Shown piece by piece: positions 1 through 12,970 of a DNA stretch of 64,000 bases. The position numbers and the translations under genes were made by a program. The stretch lies in assembly GCF_009914755.1 (NCBI RefSeq), contig NC_060929.1. One strand, 5' to 3'. Source of the stretch: the human T2T-CHM13v2.0 reference genome, Homo sapiens. Each line of letters opens with the position of its first letter. Position 1 is the first letter of the stretch. The notes beneath the pieces were generated by a model. The model was not told the DNA's origin. It was given only the letters and a program-made list of their open reading frames with translations, and did no database searches.

Positions 1-184
1 CCTATTTGTGGAGGGGGAAGGTAAAGAGCAAACTGATGAGTCTTTAGCGGAGTGCTCTGCATACAAGGTCAGGGTGAGGGTTGATGAGGATTTGTTAAAG
101 CTCCCAGATGTGTCTCTCAGGACAGAGTGAACCTAAGAAGCCAAGCTCAGGGATCAAAACAGCCTCGTCTAGAGTTCTTCCTCT

Positions 185-809
185 GACTCTTGCCAGCTCT
201 ATGGCATTTGGGCCCTTTCTCCAACTTTTCTGAGATTCAATTTTCTCATCTGGAAAGTAGAATAATAATACCTCCTTTGTACATTCACATCAGGGATTTA
301 ATATCAAAATACAACCAAAGCATTTAATCTGTGAAAATAAAAATCTTTGACAAATTAAATATAACAGAGTTTAATTGAGCAAAGAATGATTCTCAAATTG
401 GGCAGCCTTCGAGCCAGAGTAGGCTCAGAAAGACTCCAGTATAGCTACATGGTAGAAGAAGATTTATGGACAGAAAAAGGAAAATGACTTACAGAAAATG
501 GGAATGAGGTACAGAAATAGCTGGATTGGTTACAGCTCAGCATTTGCCTTATTTGAACCCAGTTTAAACAGTTGGCCATCTTTGATTGGCCAAAACTTGG
601 TGATTGGCACAAGAGTGGGTTATAGTTCATTTACACATCGGTGATTGGCACAAGAGTGGGTTGTAGTCCATTTACACATCCAGTTAGGTTACTACGCATG
701 GAGAAAACTTTAGGTTGAAATATGTTAAGGAGGCAGCTTTAGGTTAAACTTCATTTAACAAATCCAATGACAAGGCATAGTAAATGCTCAATAAAAAGTA
801 GTTCTTATT
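185..809 (+). mobile_element. MIR SINE split by the MER57 LTR
   Basis: MIR core-like 'ttttctcatctggaaagtagaataataatacc' before the LTR; MIR 3' end 'ggcatagtaaatgctcaataaa' after it. Confidence 0.7.
330..760 (-). mobile_element. ERV1 solo LTR, MER57 family
   Basis: Minus strand begins TGTTAAATGAAGTTTAACCTAAAGCTGCCTCCTT (MER57-like) and ends in CA; 4-bp TSD AATC at 326-329 and 761-764. Confidence 0.85.
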
Positions 810-1106
<297 letters not shown>

Positions 1107-1133
1107 GTAGTTCTTATTAAGAAACATAGTTCT

Positions 1134-1550
<417 letters not shown>

Positions 1551-1619
1551 TCAAGGGAGAGGGAAGAGCTCAGGTTTTGGGTTACCATTTTGCAACAGGC
1601 AACAGAACCTGGTGATGAT

Positions 1620-1810
1620 GGAGTGAGCTCTGGAGTTGGGCTGATCTGCTTTTCTTGTAGTGTGACGTTGGTCAATTCAAAACATACATCAGTTTCTGTT
1701 TACTCAGTAGAGATAGAATAATAACCCTGTCTCCCAGGGTTTTGTAAGGATTAAATGAGATAAAGATTGTAAAGCGCGGGCACCAAGCTAGGCACAAGCT
1801 AGCTTCTATG
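1620..1810 (+). mobile_element. MIR SINE
   Basis: 'ataataaccctgtctcccagggttttgtaaggattaaatgagataa' matches the MIR core and 3' part. Confidence 0.7.
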
Positions 1811-2834
1811 TGTTCAGGGAAAGGTATTTGTGGTTATTATTACAATTATCATCATTTCTTAAACTCTATTTACTTCTCCTTGACTGCCATGGGAAGATAA
1901 TACTAATTTCTGTTCAGGCTTATGTAAAACAGGAAGCAAGCTTTGGACCAATTCTCATGGATGGCAATAAAGGGACGCCAAGCAGAATTTCGATTGCAGA
2001 TGTGCTAGGGCCGTCCTGCCGAGCATCCCGCCTGCCCCTCCCCAGAGGGCCTGTTAGTGCCTCTCCCACACGTTCTCATCCCCTGGACCCCAGCAGGCCT
2101 TTCCTCCTGGGGAAGAACGTTTTGTTCAAAAAACCACAGCATCACGTTGTTCTGTCCACTGGCATTTTCACCCACTGCTAGGTGCTACCTGGCATGTGGC
2201 TTTGATTGACAAGATTACTAATCCATTATAATCATATTTTCATAATTAGTCCCCACGAGGCTTGCTGGCTGCTCTTGCCCAGGTAAACTCCTGCCTGCCG
2301 CAGACTGTTTTCACCAACTGTCACCTCCCCAGGAGGGAGCTGTTGGTCTAGCACCCACAGCTGTTGCTAGGAATCGCTTTTGAATTGTTCCTGATCTTCC
2401 CTTTTTTTTGGCACTTGGCTGCTAGGAATCCTTGCTTGATTAAAAGTTACAATTGTTGACTTCAGACTTGAACTTGTAGCAGAAATGGCTTTGGTTTTTC
2501 CATCTTCCTGATCACACACTGCTTGTTCCTCTTCTGCAGTTCCTTCCCTCACATCCTCCCCATCCCCCAAATCCCTGCGGCAAGGGCGAGAGGAAACTTC
2601 AAAGGCACTTCTGAATAAAAGAACACACGGTGGGACATCAATTATTTACCAGGCAAAGTTTTGGCAGGCACAGGGGCCTTTCCCTGTTTGTTTTGCTGAA
2701 GCGGGCAGGAAGAGTGATTTTGGAGGTTGCATTGTGCCTGCCCATACCTACCACTGTGGCCACAAAGGTTTGTCGAGCTCTGTCTAGACTCTTCCTTGGT
2801 ACTCTGGCCCTGCACTGATTCGATAAAGAGTGAC

Positions 2835-3090
2835 CAGGATGATATTACTCATTGAGCCCTTGCTGTACGCTAGACCCTTGCTAACAGCTTCTATTCATCA
2901 TCTTGTTGAATCCTTGCAGCAACCTTAGGAAGTTGATATTAACCTTTCTCTCCATTTTACAGGCAGATGATGAGTGAAGGTACAGAAAAGTTAGATGACT
3001 TGCCCAGGGTCCTTTGGCTGGAAGCTAGCAGATCTGAGACTTGAGCCAGGCCTCATCTCTCCAGAGCAGGTATGTGTAACCACTATATTA
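2835..3090 (-). mobile_element. MIR SINE
   Basis: 'ccattttacaggcagatga...gacttgcccagggtc' is an antisense MIR core. Confidence 0.7.
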
Positions 3091-3698
3091 TACTCTACAG
3101 TGAGCATGAGCTACAGTGACAAGGAACTGGCACTACTAGGAGGAGGTGGCAGTGTCTTTAAGAGGGGAACTAGAAGTCTTCGAGGAAGAGGAGGCCTTGG
3201 AGACAGGAGGTTTTCTAGTCCTTTCTTGGTAAATGGAGAGATGGAAATGTGTTTTCTTTGTGCCCTGCACGGGGCTAGAGGAGGAAACTGCTGCAGGGCT
3301 TCCACGAGGACATATGGCCTCTGTCACTGGGCTCGGGTACCATTTGTTGACTCCATTGTGTGGGCTTGTGTCCCCGGATGACTCAGCTTGTGACTCTCAT
3401 GAGGTCATCCGAATAATTAAAACCAGGGTACCCCTGGCTTCTGCTCTCACCCACTCAACAATTTCTTGGAATCTCCAAGTGCTTTATACTGGCATATCAC
3501 CAGCTGCCCAAGTCATTTTTATTGGGGTATGGGAAGGAATTTATTGGGTTAGCTTGAATTCTGTTATTTTCCTCTTTATTTGTTAATATTTATAGAGTGC
3601 TTGCTAAATGCCAGATACTCTTGATAAGAATATTTTCACACATTATCTCAATCTTTTTACCCATGCTGGCAGGTAGGCTTTGTTATGCCCATTTTACT

Positions 3699-3722
3699 GG
3701 TGGGGGTGGGGGGGGTGGTGGG

Positions 3723-3769
<47 letters not shown>

Positions 3770-3770
3770 G
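3699..3770. repeat. G-rich tract followed by a (GA)19 microsatellite
   Basis: ggtgggggtgggggggtggtgggtgg, then perfect GA repeats at 3725-3762. Confidence 0.95.
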
Positions 3771-5236
3771 GATCGATCCATCCATCCTTATGCCCTTTAG
3801 TAAGGGATCTTAACCCAATCATCAATGGAAGAACTGAATCTTTAAATCTTCCTTTCTCCTTGAAGACCTCTGCTCCTCATTCTCTATGTCTAAAGCTAGC
3901 ATTATTAATATTATGGATTCTGAGAGTTAATAACTTTTGAAGTTTTGGATGAATACTCCTTGTGAAGTGTGCACATATTTAGGCTTTGAGCACCAAGCTG
4001 GTACACTGGCCTCCAAAGGCTTACCTTTGTCTGGTTAAGCACTCAGAGGGCTCAAAATACATTTAGAGGAAAGTCCTGCTGTGGATGGAAGAAAAATTGT
4101 TGGCGTCTCAGCTGGACTCATGGTGAGACTCACAGTGACCAAGGTCAAATTCCCCAGGAAAGGATTCCTAACTACATCTGACCAGGCTGCCAATGCATAG
4201 ACATACAAGACAGTGAATTTTCTTTGGCAAGATAACTTGCATTGCCTTCTCTGCAGAGATCACAGAGCTATAGCTCAATACATCAGAGTTGTTGAGAAAA
4301 CATGGATGTCCACATCACCTGAATTTCCTAATAGGGTGGTGAGCCTAACAGCAACTATTTAGGAAATTAGGGTAGACAAGTGGAACCGGTTTTTTGCCCG
4401 GGTTTGGTGTTGAATACAATGCCTACTTGGGATTGTGTTCAGAGTATTTCCTTACAGTTTCAAATGATCTCATAATTTGACCACGGAATCTAGATGGTCT
4501 TCCAAGGACCTAAAATGTCATATTAGCCTGGATAGTGTTTGCATCTACAGACTTCTTTATCATGTGGTACAAGGGGAACCAGTTAATGGCAATAACCTAC
4601 TTCTTCCTTGCTACCTCTTGGCCCCCTCCTAACTTGCATAATTTGCCCCCATGTGTTCATGGGTGTATGAAGAGCTGCCTGTTGTGCCTACAAATAATCC
4701 CCTCCCATTTTTCCCTTTTGTCTTCACGCTCCTCAGTGATGTCCATCTTTCGTCATTATTGGCAGTGACCTTCGTAAGAGTTCATTATGAATCTGTTATG
4801 TTTCAGTCAATGCACCAGGGTTCCTAGCCTTATGGACATTCCAGTGAGGGGAGGCACACATTAAACAAACATATCCCTGAAGAGGTTTTCTCTTGAGATG
4901 CGGAAAGCTGCACATCCTCTCCATACCTGAATGGGGCTGTATTTCCTGTCTCAAATGTTCTATTCCCCTGCTACACTGCCTATTTTTGCCTGATCTCTAA
5001 ATCAGCTTCATGCACTGTTTAAAACCACTTCTAGCTTCTGCCAACTCCAGGTTGCTCAGACACTAATCCATGTCCAAGTCTGAGGTAGGTATTGAGGTAG
5101 GTGGAGGTCCAGGGTACAAAGACACCTACTCCCCTACTTGACTGAGTGTTTTCCTCTAGGTGCTCTCAAGCATCATAACTTCTAAGGTCCATTTCAAAGT
5201 CTTTGACAGCCATGCTTAGAAGTTGGGTTTAAATCG

Positions 5237-5340
5237 TGTACATATGTACATGTGTATATGTGTGTACATACGTATTGGTGTGTACATACACCTGTGTGTA
5301 TATATGCATGTGTGTGTAGGCACACACAAACACATATACA
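5237..5340. repeat. Imperfect alternating purine-pyrimidine (TG/TA/CA) tract
   Basis: gtacatatgtacatgtgtatatgtgtgtacatac... read directly. Confidence 0.85.
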
Positions 5341-5639
5341 TTGTCTTACTTTTTAAAGGTAAATTTCAGGGATCTTCTGTGAAAAGAGACTCTGAAATGA
5401 TTAAGGAACATCCTATGTGGAAGAGGCAAAATGAGGCTCTTGATAATTTGTTGATCTATCCCAAGAGTGTTCCTGGGCTCCAGGGGATTAGAGGAATAAG
5501 CAACTTTGATACTATAATTCCTGAAGTATTAATGAGCTGTGTATGGAGACTCCATCATGGAAACACTATTTCAAATAGAGGTGGTGGGGTTTCTCATGAT
5601 GGCACGCTTTCCACCCTGACTCTTTCTGTAGAACTTTGC

Positions 5640-6358
<719 letters not shown>

Positions 6359-7482
6359 TTTTTCCCCCCGATTATGTTTGCTGGATGACTGGTGGGTATT
6401 AGGCATCCAGCATCTGTCGTTTTCGACCAGTCTTCCCCATTTTTGGGAGAAAATAATTGGCTCATTAAGAACTGCATCTACATTGGCGTCACATTCTGTA
6501 CTGCAGAGCCATGCCACCAGGCCTGAAATATTAATAACATGTGGAACTGGCTGTCCCTGTTTTGCAACTGCTTTAGCATCATTGACTCTTGAGTTGAGAA
6601 ATGTTTGCCATTTGACTTCTCATCTGCCTCTTCGTCGGGGATTGGGGAGGGCAGAAGTGCCTTAGGAGTTCTTTGCTGTCCAGGAGACAGAGGCTGAACT
6701 TCCTGAGAACAGAAGCTTATGGAAGGTGTCTGTGAATTCAGGGAGGTTTCTGCTTGTAGCTCGAGCCTTGCCAACTCTGTGCACATGACAGGTTAACTGA
6801 GTGACTAAGGCAGTGATACATAGACTCTGAGAGGACTGGAAATGTGTCCTCACAGGGTTGTAGGCTGTCATTTATCAGCGTCTGAGAAACATCAAGAAAT
6901 AAATCTGATTTTTTCCCCTTTCCCTGCCTCTCTTTTCCTCTGATCACTGATTAAGTCCAGACTCTCAGTCATTCTGCTTACAGAAGGGCTGAAGTCACAC
7001 TAAAAACTAAAACTTGACATATTCTGCACTGGCGTGAAAATCGGATAAAATCCCTGGGTTTAGGTTAACTTCTCTGCAGTAACTTTATAGAATAAGGGTG
7101 ATTCCTGAACACTTTACAGCTTCCATAGCTGTTCCATATTCATGATTGCACTGAATTCTTAGAAGAACCCTGTGAAGCATATAGTGATTTTTATCCCCAT
7201 CTTCAGGATAAGGACACTGAGATTTAGAGAGGATGACTTTCTAAAGGACAGACAGCCAGAAAGAGGCAGGGCTGGAATTGAAACCCCAGTAATGAGAGTC
7301 CATGACCAGTGTTCTTTTTGTTATGTCCTAGCTGCCTTCTAGAACTCAAGTTGGAATATACAGTTTTAAATATTGGCCCATTAGGAAAGTGTGACTTTTG
7401 TAGTTTAAGCCGTTTTAAAGGCATAAGCAAAGTATGAGAAAAAGCAACTTTCAGAGAGCTCCCTAAATGGGCTGGGGAGGAA

Positions 7483-7552
7483 CATGTGTGTGCATGTGCT
7501 TGTATGTATGTGTGTACATGCATGCATGTGTGTGTGTGTGTACTTGTGTGTG
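7483..7552. repeat. Imperfect (TG)n microsatellite
   Basis: Read directly. Confidence 0.85.
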
Positions 7553-7904
7553 GCAGAGGGAAATGAAGAGGAGAGGGAAGCGGAAAGTATGGCTCTGGGA
7601 GTGTGCAGAGGGTCGGTAGTGGAGAGGACTCACATTCAGGAAAATGTGGTAATTTTTTTGGTACTGTAATTCTCAATAGGCCCCAGGCTTAGACATATTT
7701 ACCATTTCTTTCCTAAAATGCTTCATCCTGCCTGTTGCTAATTTTAAAATAGAATTATATACGTGATAACTATCTTTGTGAATTGAATAGTTCAATTTAC
7801 ATTAGCCAAAGTAACTCAGCTCTATAAAACTATTCTGTTACTCCAAGGAAAATTCATTGTAGATTTATATCTTTGTGGCTGATGCTTTTTTTTTTTTTTT
7901 GTGA

Positions 7905-9300
7905 AAATTTGTGAGTGGCCATTATGTGTTGTGTATTATGCTAGGTGCTTGAAGGGCTGCAAATATCAGGTAAGCGTAATACTTACCTTCAAGGAGATTG
8001 CAATCTGTTAGAGGAATTAATGCAAGGATATAAATATGGTAATGTGTGATAGGATGAGTTAAGTTTCACAGGAATTTGCAAGGACCACCTAGGGTTCAGA
8101 CATTAGTGTCATATCTGATGAGATGAGGAGGTTTTGAAATGAACCCAGAAGGAGGTACATTTATATAGTCAGATATAGGAAGGGTATCCTAGGCAGAGGA
8201 AACCGAGTTAACAGAGGTAGAGAGGCAGAAAAGCATACAGGCTTATTCAGAGAACAGAGTGTCTTAGTTTGACTGGTATTTAGATTACTCCTAGAGCAGT
8301 GTACTTAAACTTTTTAAAACTAGGGACCATTTAGGCAAAATACTTCACAGTTCACCCATTGCCTATCCACAGGAAGTTCACGTATCGACATGTGTGCATG
8401 TGGTTTTGTACAATAGCCAGACTGTTTAGAATACTGCATTGGAGTTCTTGAGAAACTCTCTATGGTGTTCATGAGAGCTTATGACTACCTAATTTTGGTC
8501 CCCTTGCCTACTTAGTGGATTTTCAGTAAAAATGTTCAGTTATAGGTATAAACAATCATCTGTGAAATTGTTCATAATTAGCTTTTGAGGTCTGAGGAAA
8601 AGACTAGCAGTTTTGGATCAGTTCCTGGTCCTTATTTCCATGGGCCATATTTTGAGAAGCCTTGGTCTGGGAGGATGACGGGAGACACAACAACCCAGAG
8701 ACATATTGTAGAGATGCTTTCATGCCAGACTGAAGACCTATCCTTAATTTGTACTTAATTGCCATTAAGGGTATTTAAATAGCAGTGGAACCTTTTGAGG
8801 TTTCTTTTTTTTTTTTTTTTGAGACAGGGTTTTGTTTTGTCATCCAGGTTGGCGGGAAGTGACATGATTATGGCCCACTGCAGCCTTGACCTCCTGGGTT
8901 CAAGTGATCCTCTCCCCTCAGCCTCCTGAGTAGCTAGGACCACAGGCATGCACCACCACTTCCAGCTAATTTTAAAATAATCTTCTGTAGAGATAGGAGT
9001 TCCTTATGATGACCAGGCTGGTCTCAAACTCCTGGGCTCAAGAAATCTACCTACCTTTGCCTTCCAAAGTGCTGGGATTATAGGTATGAGCCACTGCACC
9101 CAGCCTGGGGTTTCCTTTTAAGGAGGAAACAATGTTTGTGAAGGATTGGAGGAGAGAGTGATTGGAGTCAAGGTCACCTGTTAAAAGAGAGATGATGCCT
9201 TTGAGGGTAGAAATGAGGAAACAGGTTATAGCAAACTTGCAGAGATAGAATCAACAGACTTGGCAAATTGAGGGGATTTAAACTGTGGGAAAGAGGGAGC
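7905..9300 (-). mobile_element. Degenerate L2 fragments, interrupted by a probable hAT relic (~8296-8665) and an Alu
   Basis: Antisense L2-like motifs 'atcctaggcagaggaaac' and 'gagatagaatcaacagacttggcaa'. Confidence 0.55.
8805..9105 (-). mobile_element. Alu, AluJ-like
   Basis: Diverged antisense dimer; J-type 'gcagccttgacctcctggg' and 'aactcctgggctcaag'. Confidence 0.92.
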
Positions 9301-11619
9301 AGAAGAGTGGGTGGCTCAGAGGGCTGGGAGCAACACCAAATGAAAATATGCCATGAACACAAATTGGCAAATGAGAAGAACTCCTTTGTTAGGGGAAGAC
9401 AATACATTCTTTTAAAAAATGATTCCTGAGAAATTCAGAACTGAAAAAAGATTTCCAGAAACTTTTAGGTAACATGTGGTGAATCACAGGGAAACAGTTT
9501 TAAATTTCCAACCATAACTCCATCACAACAGATTTGTTAACCTTAAGGAACAGATATCACAGAGCAAAATAGTACCTTTGCTTTGATGAGTGTGACTCAT
9601 ATTAGACACTAAGGGTATCAAAAGTCAGGATGGGTGGATGCGTCAGTGAGTACCCCCTCCTTCTGGACTACATCACATATGGAAGTTTCATGTCCACTTG
9701 GTACTCTCTTAATTTGTTTTTCACTCAGAGATCTCTAGAAAATCTTCTGAAGTGTAGAAGAATCTCCATCAACTGCCCAGAGTGGGTTTACCTGCCCAAC
9801 AGAGTAGGTGGAACTGGCTGCTAAGTTTTGAAAGAGCCTCTTGTTAACTGTGCTGTCTCCTCCTAAAAGCATCACTCTGTGGCACCCCTCCAGGAGCTCC
9901 ATTCCCTTGGATGAATGGTGTGGCCCCTGGACTTATGCAACATGGCAGCCCGGATTCCCATTGAACTGTCTCTTTCTTGGATGGTGATAATTTGCTGTGG
10001 GCCCTTTTGCGTTAAAAGCAAATGCAAGAGTTCTGAGGGGACAGTGCCATTTGGGCAGTTGGTGACCCCACCTCTGCTCTCCAGTGCTCTGCTGCCATCA
10101 CTTTTATTGTCCTCACCCCATGGCATTGCAGTGTCTCTCTTTATAGGGCCTGTTTTCCCAACTAGACTTCTCAAGAGTAAGGCAGAGCAGATGACAATGT
10201 GGCAGGATGTCCTCTTGTTTTCAGCAGGACAGAAGCTGAATGAAGAGTGGGGGAAAAGGTCAGGTTTTCTCAAGTGGTTATTGTCTAAAAGCACAAAGCT
10301 GTATCCATGTGGCTGTGTTGGATGGATAAGTTTCTGCCTAGTAAACCATGGAGTATCCAAGGCTTTGATAGAGACAGAGAGGAATTACTCAGAAGGGAAT
10401 GAAAAGGACACAGATTTCATGAACTGCATTTGTCATGGACTGCTACCTAAAAGGACTTTCTTTTAACTTTCCAATGCCTTTGAGAATGTGTATAATCAAG
10501 CTCTTATCAGTAATTAAAGCCACGGCATGAATGAACTCATCAAACCACAGTCCTCTCTGCTTGCCACCTGGGAGCATGGCACTGAGGTGATAAGTGGGTG
10601 GGTTGGAAGACAAGGAGAGAGTTAACACATGTCGGGTTTTTAAATTGTCAGCAGAGAGCAGCAAAGATGAGGAAGGCTGTGACGGCAAAGAAGGAGGGAA
10701 CTCAGGACATTCAGGTGCTGGGCGAGCCAAGGTGATGTTGCCTACTTTATAATTTGGGCAGGGCAGGAAGTGTTGATAACTCCTTTGCTGCCAGACAACC
10801 TGCATCTAGTACAGGCATGTATCAGACCCAGCCAAATGCCAGTGCGCTATTATACACATCGTGAAGCTGCTTCCTGTGTAAAAACCCAGAAGGGCTGAAA
10901 TTTTGCCTTTTTTAGATACAAAAAAATGGATAACCAGGTGATTCACTTACTCATGAGTAGCAGTGAGAAACAAAACCTGCCAATGTTCATGGATGGAAGG
11001 AAGCTTTGTCAAATCAGGGCTGGGATAACCAGCTCCTGGAGATTTGCATGAATCTACCTGACTACAGAGTTGAAGCCACCAATTCTTGCCCTGCATTTTG
11101 TGGTAGGCCATATGGTATTGGTATCTGACTAGTAGGAAATACAAGCCTCTGGTCTGTGGAAAAGAAGAAGGTGTTAAAGGAGTTTAGAGATTTTTCTAGA
11201 AGACACGCCTTGAGAGAGTTCACCAACACTGTACAAGGATTAGGACCGGACAAGTGGAAAGTGATGCCTTGGTTGGCAAGTGGCCCAATGCTGGAAGTGA
11301 GATGAACAAGCTCTTTCTGTAGAATAAACCATTAGGTTAACCTGAGACAGAGGAGATGAGGCTTGGAACCTCTGCTCACCAGGTTGATGAAATCTTATCT
11401 TGACACGAGAGGACCAGGATCACAATGACAAGTGAAGGGAATATGGCTGACAGCTGCTTACAACTCCTGTATGTGGAAAAGTCACCTCCACTCATATTTT
11501 TTTTTGGCTAACACTAGGCACATGGCCCCAGGACCATCCTGTCTTTTGCCCAGAAGAACAGAAATATTCTGTGAAATTCTCTAAAATTCCCGTAGCATCG
11601 CTTAAGTGATGATTATGTG

Positions 11620-11910
11620 GCCATTCCACTGACCTGAGATTAGAGACATGAAAACTTGGACGTGCTGGGTAGTATTCCAATGGGAGAATCTGCCTGAGGA
11701 GGAATCAAACGTGGGCGAAAGTAAAGCTGAGAGAAGGACAGAAATAGAATTCTGATGACATATTGTTGGAGGTGCTGGATCTAGTTGTGCCCGAAGCTAC
11801 CCCTGAGCTTCGAAGGTATGTGAAATACTACAACCCACGTTTTTTGTTTTCTTAGGCCAGTTTGCATTGGGTTTCTGCCATTTGATACCTACAAGTTTCT
11901 TGACTAATAT
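11620..11910 (+). mobile_element. ERVL-MaLR LTR 3' part (MLT1J/K/L-type)
   Basis: Ends 'ttaggccagtttgcattgggtttctgccatttga...ttgactaata', a typical old MLT1 terminus. Confidence 0.6.
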
Positions 11911-12237
11911 GGTGATGATAAGTGTCTTCATGTCTGAATTCTCGAATACTTATTGTTCCTTTAGCACATGCTGTGCTTTTCTGTTTTCACATTTGTACTA
12001 TTCCTTCGGCTCAAAATACCTTCCATTTCTTTTTTCTTCCATCTGGTGGACAAAATCTGACTTCTCCTTCAATGTACACTTGCTTACTGTCTCCTGTGCA
12101 AAATGCTTCCTGATCTACATCCCTTCCCTATCTTTAGTTAAAATCCATCTTTTTCTCCTATGTTTGGTAATAAACTTGAACTTCTCTTATAGCATTTGTC
12201 ATATTCTGTCTTGTACTAGGCAGCGCTTATGGAGCCT

Positions 12238-12774
12238 ATCAGGGCTCTGGACACATCACCCCAAAATATGACTGTAAGAGTCAAAATATGCCACCCCAAA
12301 ATATACTTCTTTGGTATATTCTGAGCTGGTTATTCTGAGAAATTGTAGACACAAGAGTGGCTCTGAAAAGCTGCCCTGTCATAAAAGAAAATTTACCACT
12401 GTAAGAGAAATCTACATTAGTAACTGTATCTGTATTGGGAAAAGGGCTGCTTCAGGCAACCTTTATTACCTGAGATACTTTTTATCTGCATAATGAGACA
12501 ATCTTTATTCAACATACATTTCCACCCTTGACCCTTCCATAACTTGTTGCTACCTGCTTCCAGAAGCCCTAGCCCCTGTTCCTTTGTGTGGGTAGCTCAG
12601 GATGCTATATAAGCTTCAATCATCTGACCCTTCTTCAAGTCTCATATTTTGTGGGACTCCATTGCATACATATGTAATTTAATATGGTTCTTCTCTTGTC
12701 TTATGTCAATTTAATTTGTAACCCAGCCAAAGAACCTAGCAGGAAGTAAGGAAGCCAATATTCACTCACCTGCA
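12238..12774 (+). mobile_element. ERV1 solo LTR, MER34 family
   Basis: 'aatatgccaccccaaaatatacttctttgg...gagctggttattctgag' start; 'cccagccaaagaacctag...' end. Confidence 0.75.
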
Positions 12775-12779
12775 AGTGC

Positions 12780-12970
12780 TTACTGGGTACTTTATATTCT
12801 TATAGGCATACATGCTTTTATTCTTCAAATAATCCTATGAAGTAGGCACTGTTATCCCCATTTTGCACATAAAGAAAGGGCAATTTAGAAAAATTGAGTG
12901 ATTTGGCTTAGATCCTATAACTGTGATCTGGGATGGGGAACCCAGGTGACCTGGCTCCAGAGCTCACATC
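12780..12970 (-). mobile_element. MIR SINE
   Basis: 'aatcctatgaagtaggcactgttatccccattttgcacataaagaaa'. Confidence 0.75.

Noticed and set aside
5081-5105. tgaggtag twice, resembling a let-7 5' end
   Set aside because: The match stops after 8 nt and there is no pre-miRNA hairpin; it is a short tandem duplication.
12255-12305. caccccaaaatat repeated twice at the start of the MER34-type LTR
   Set aside because: I recall this doublet as part of some MER34 subfamily consensi, so it is probably not locus-specific.
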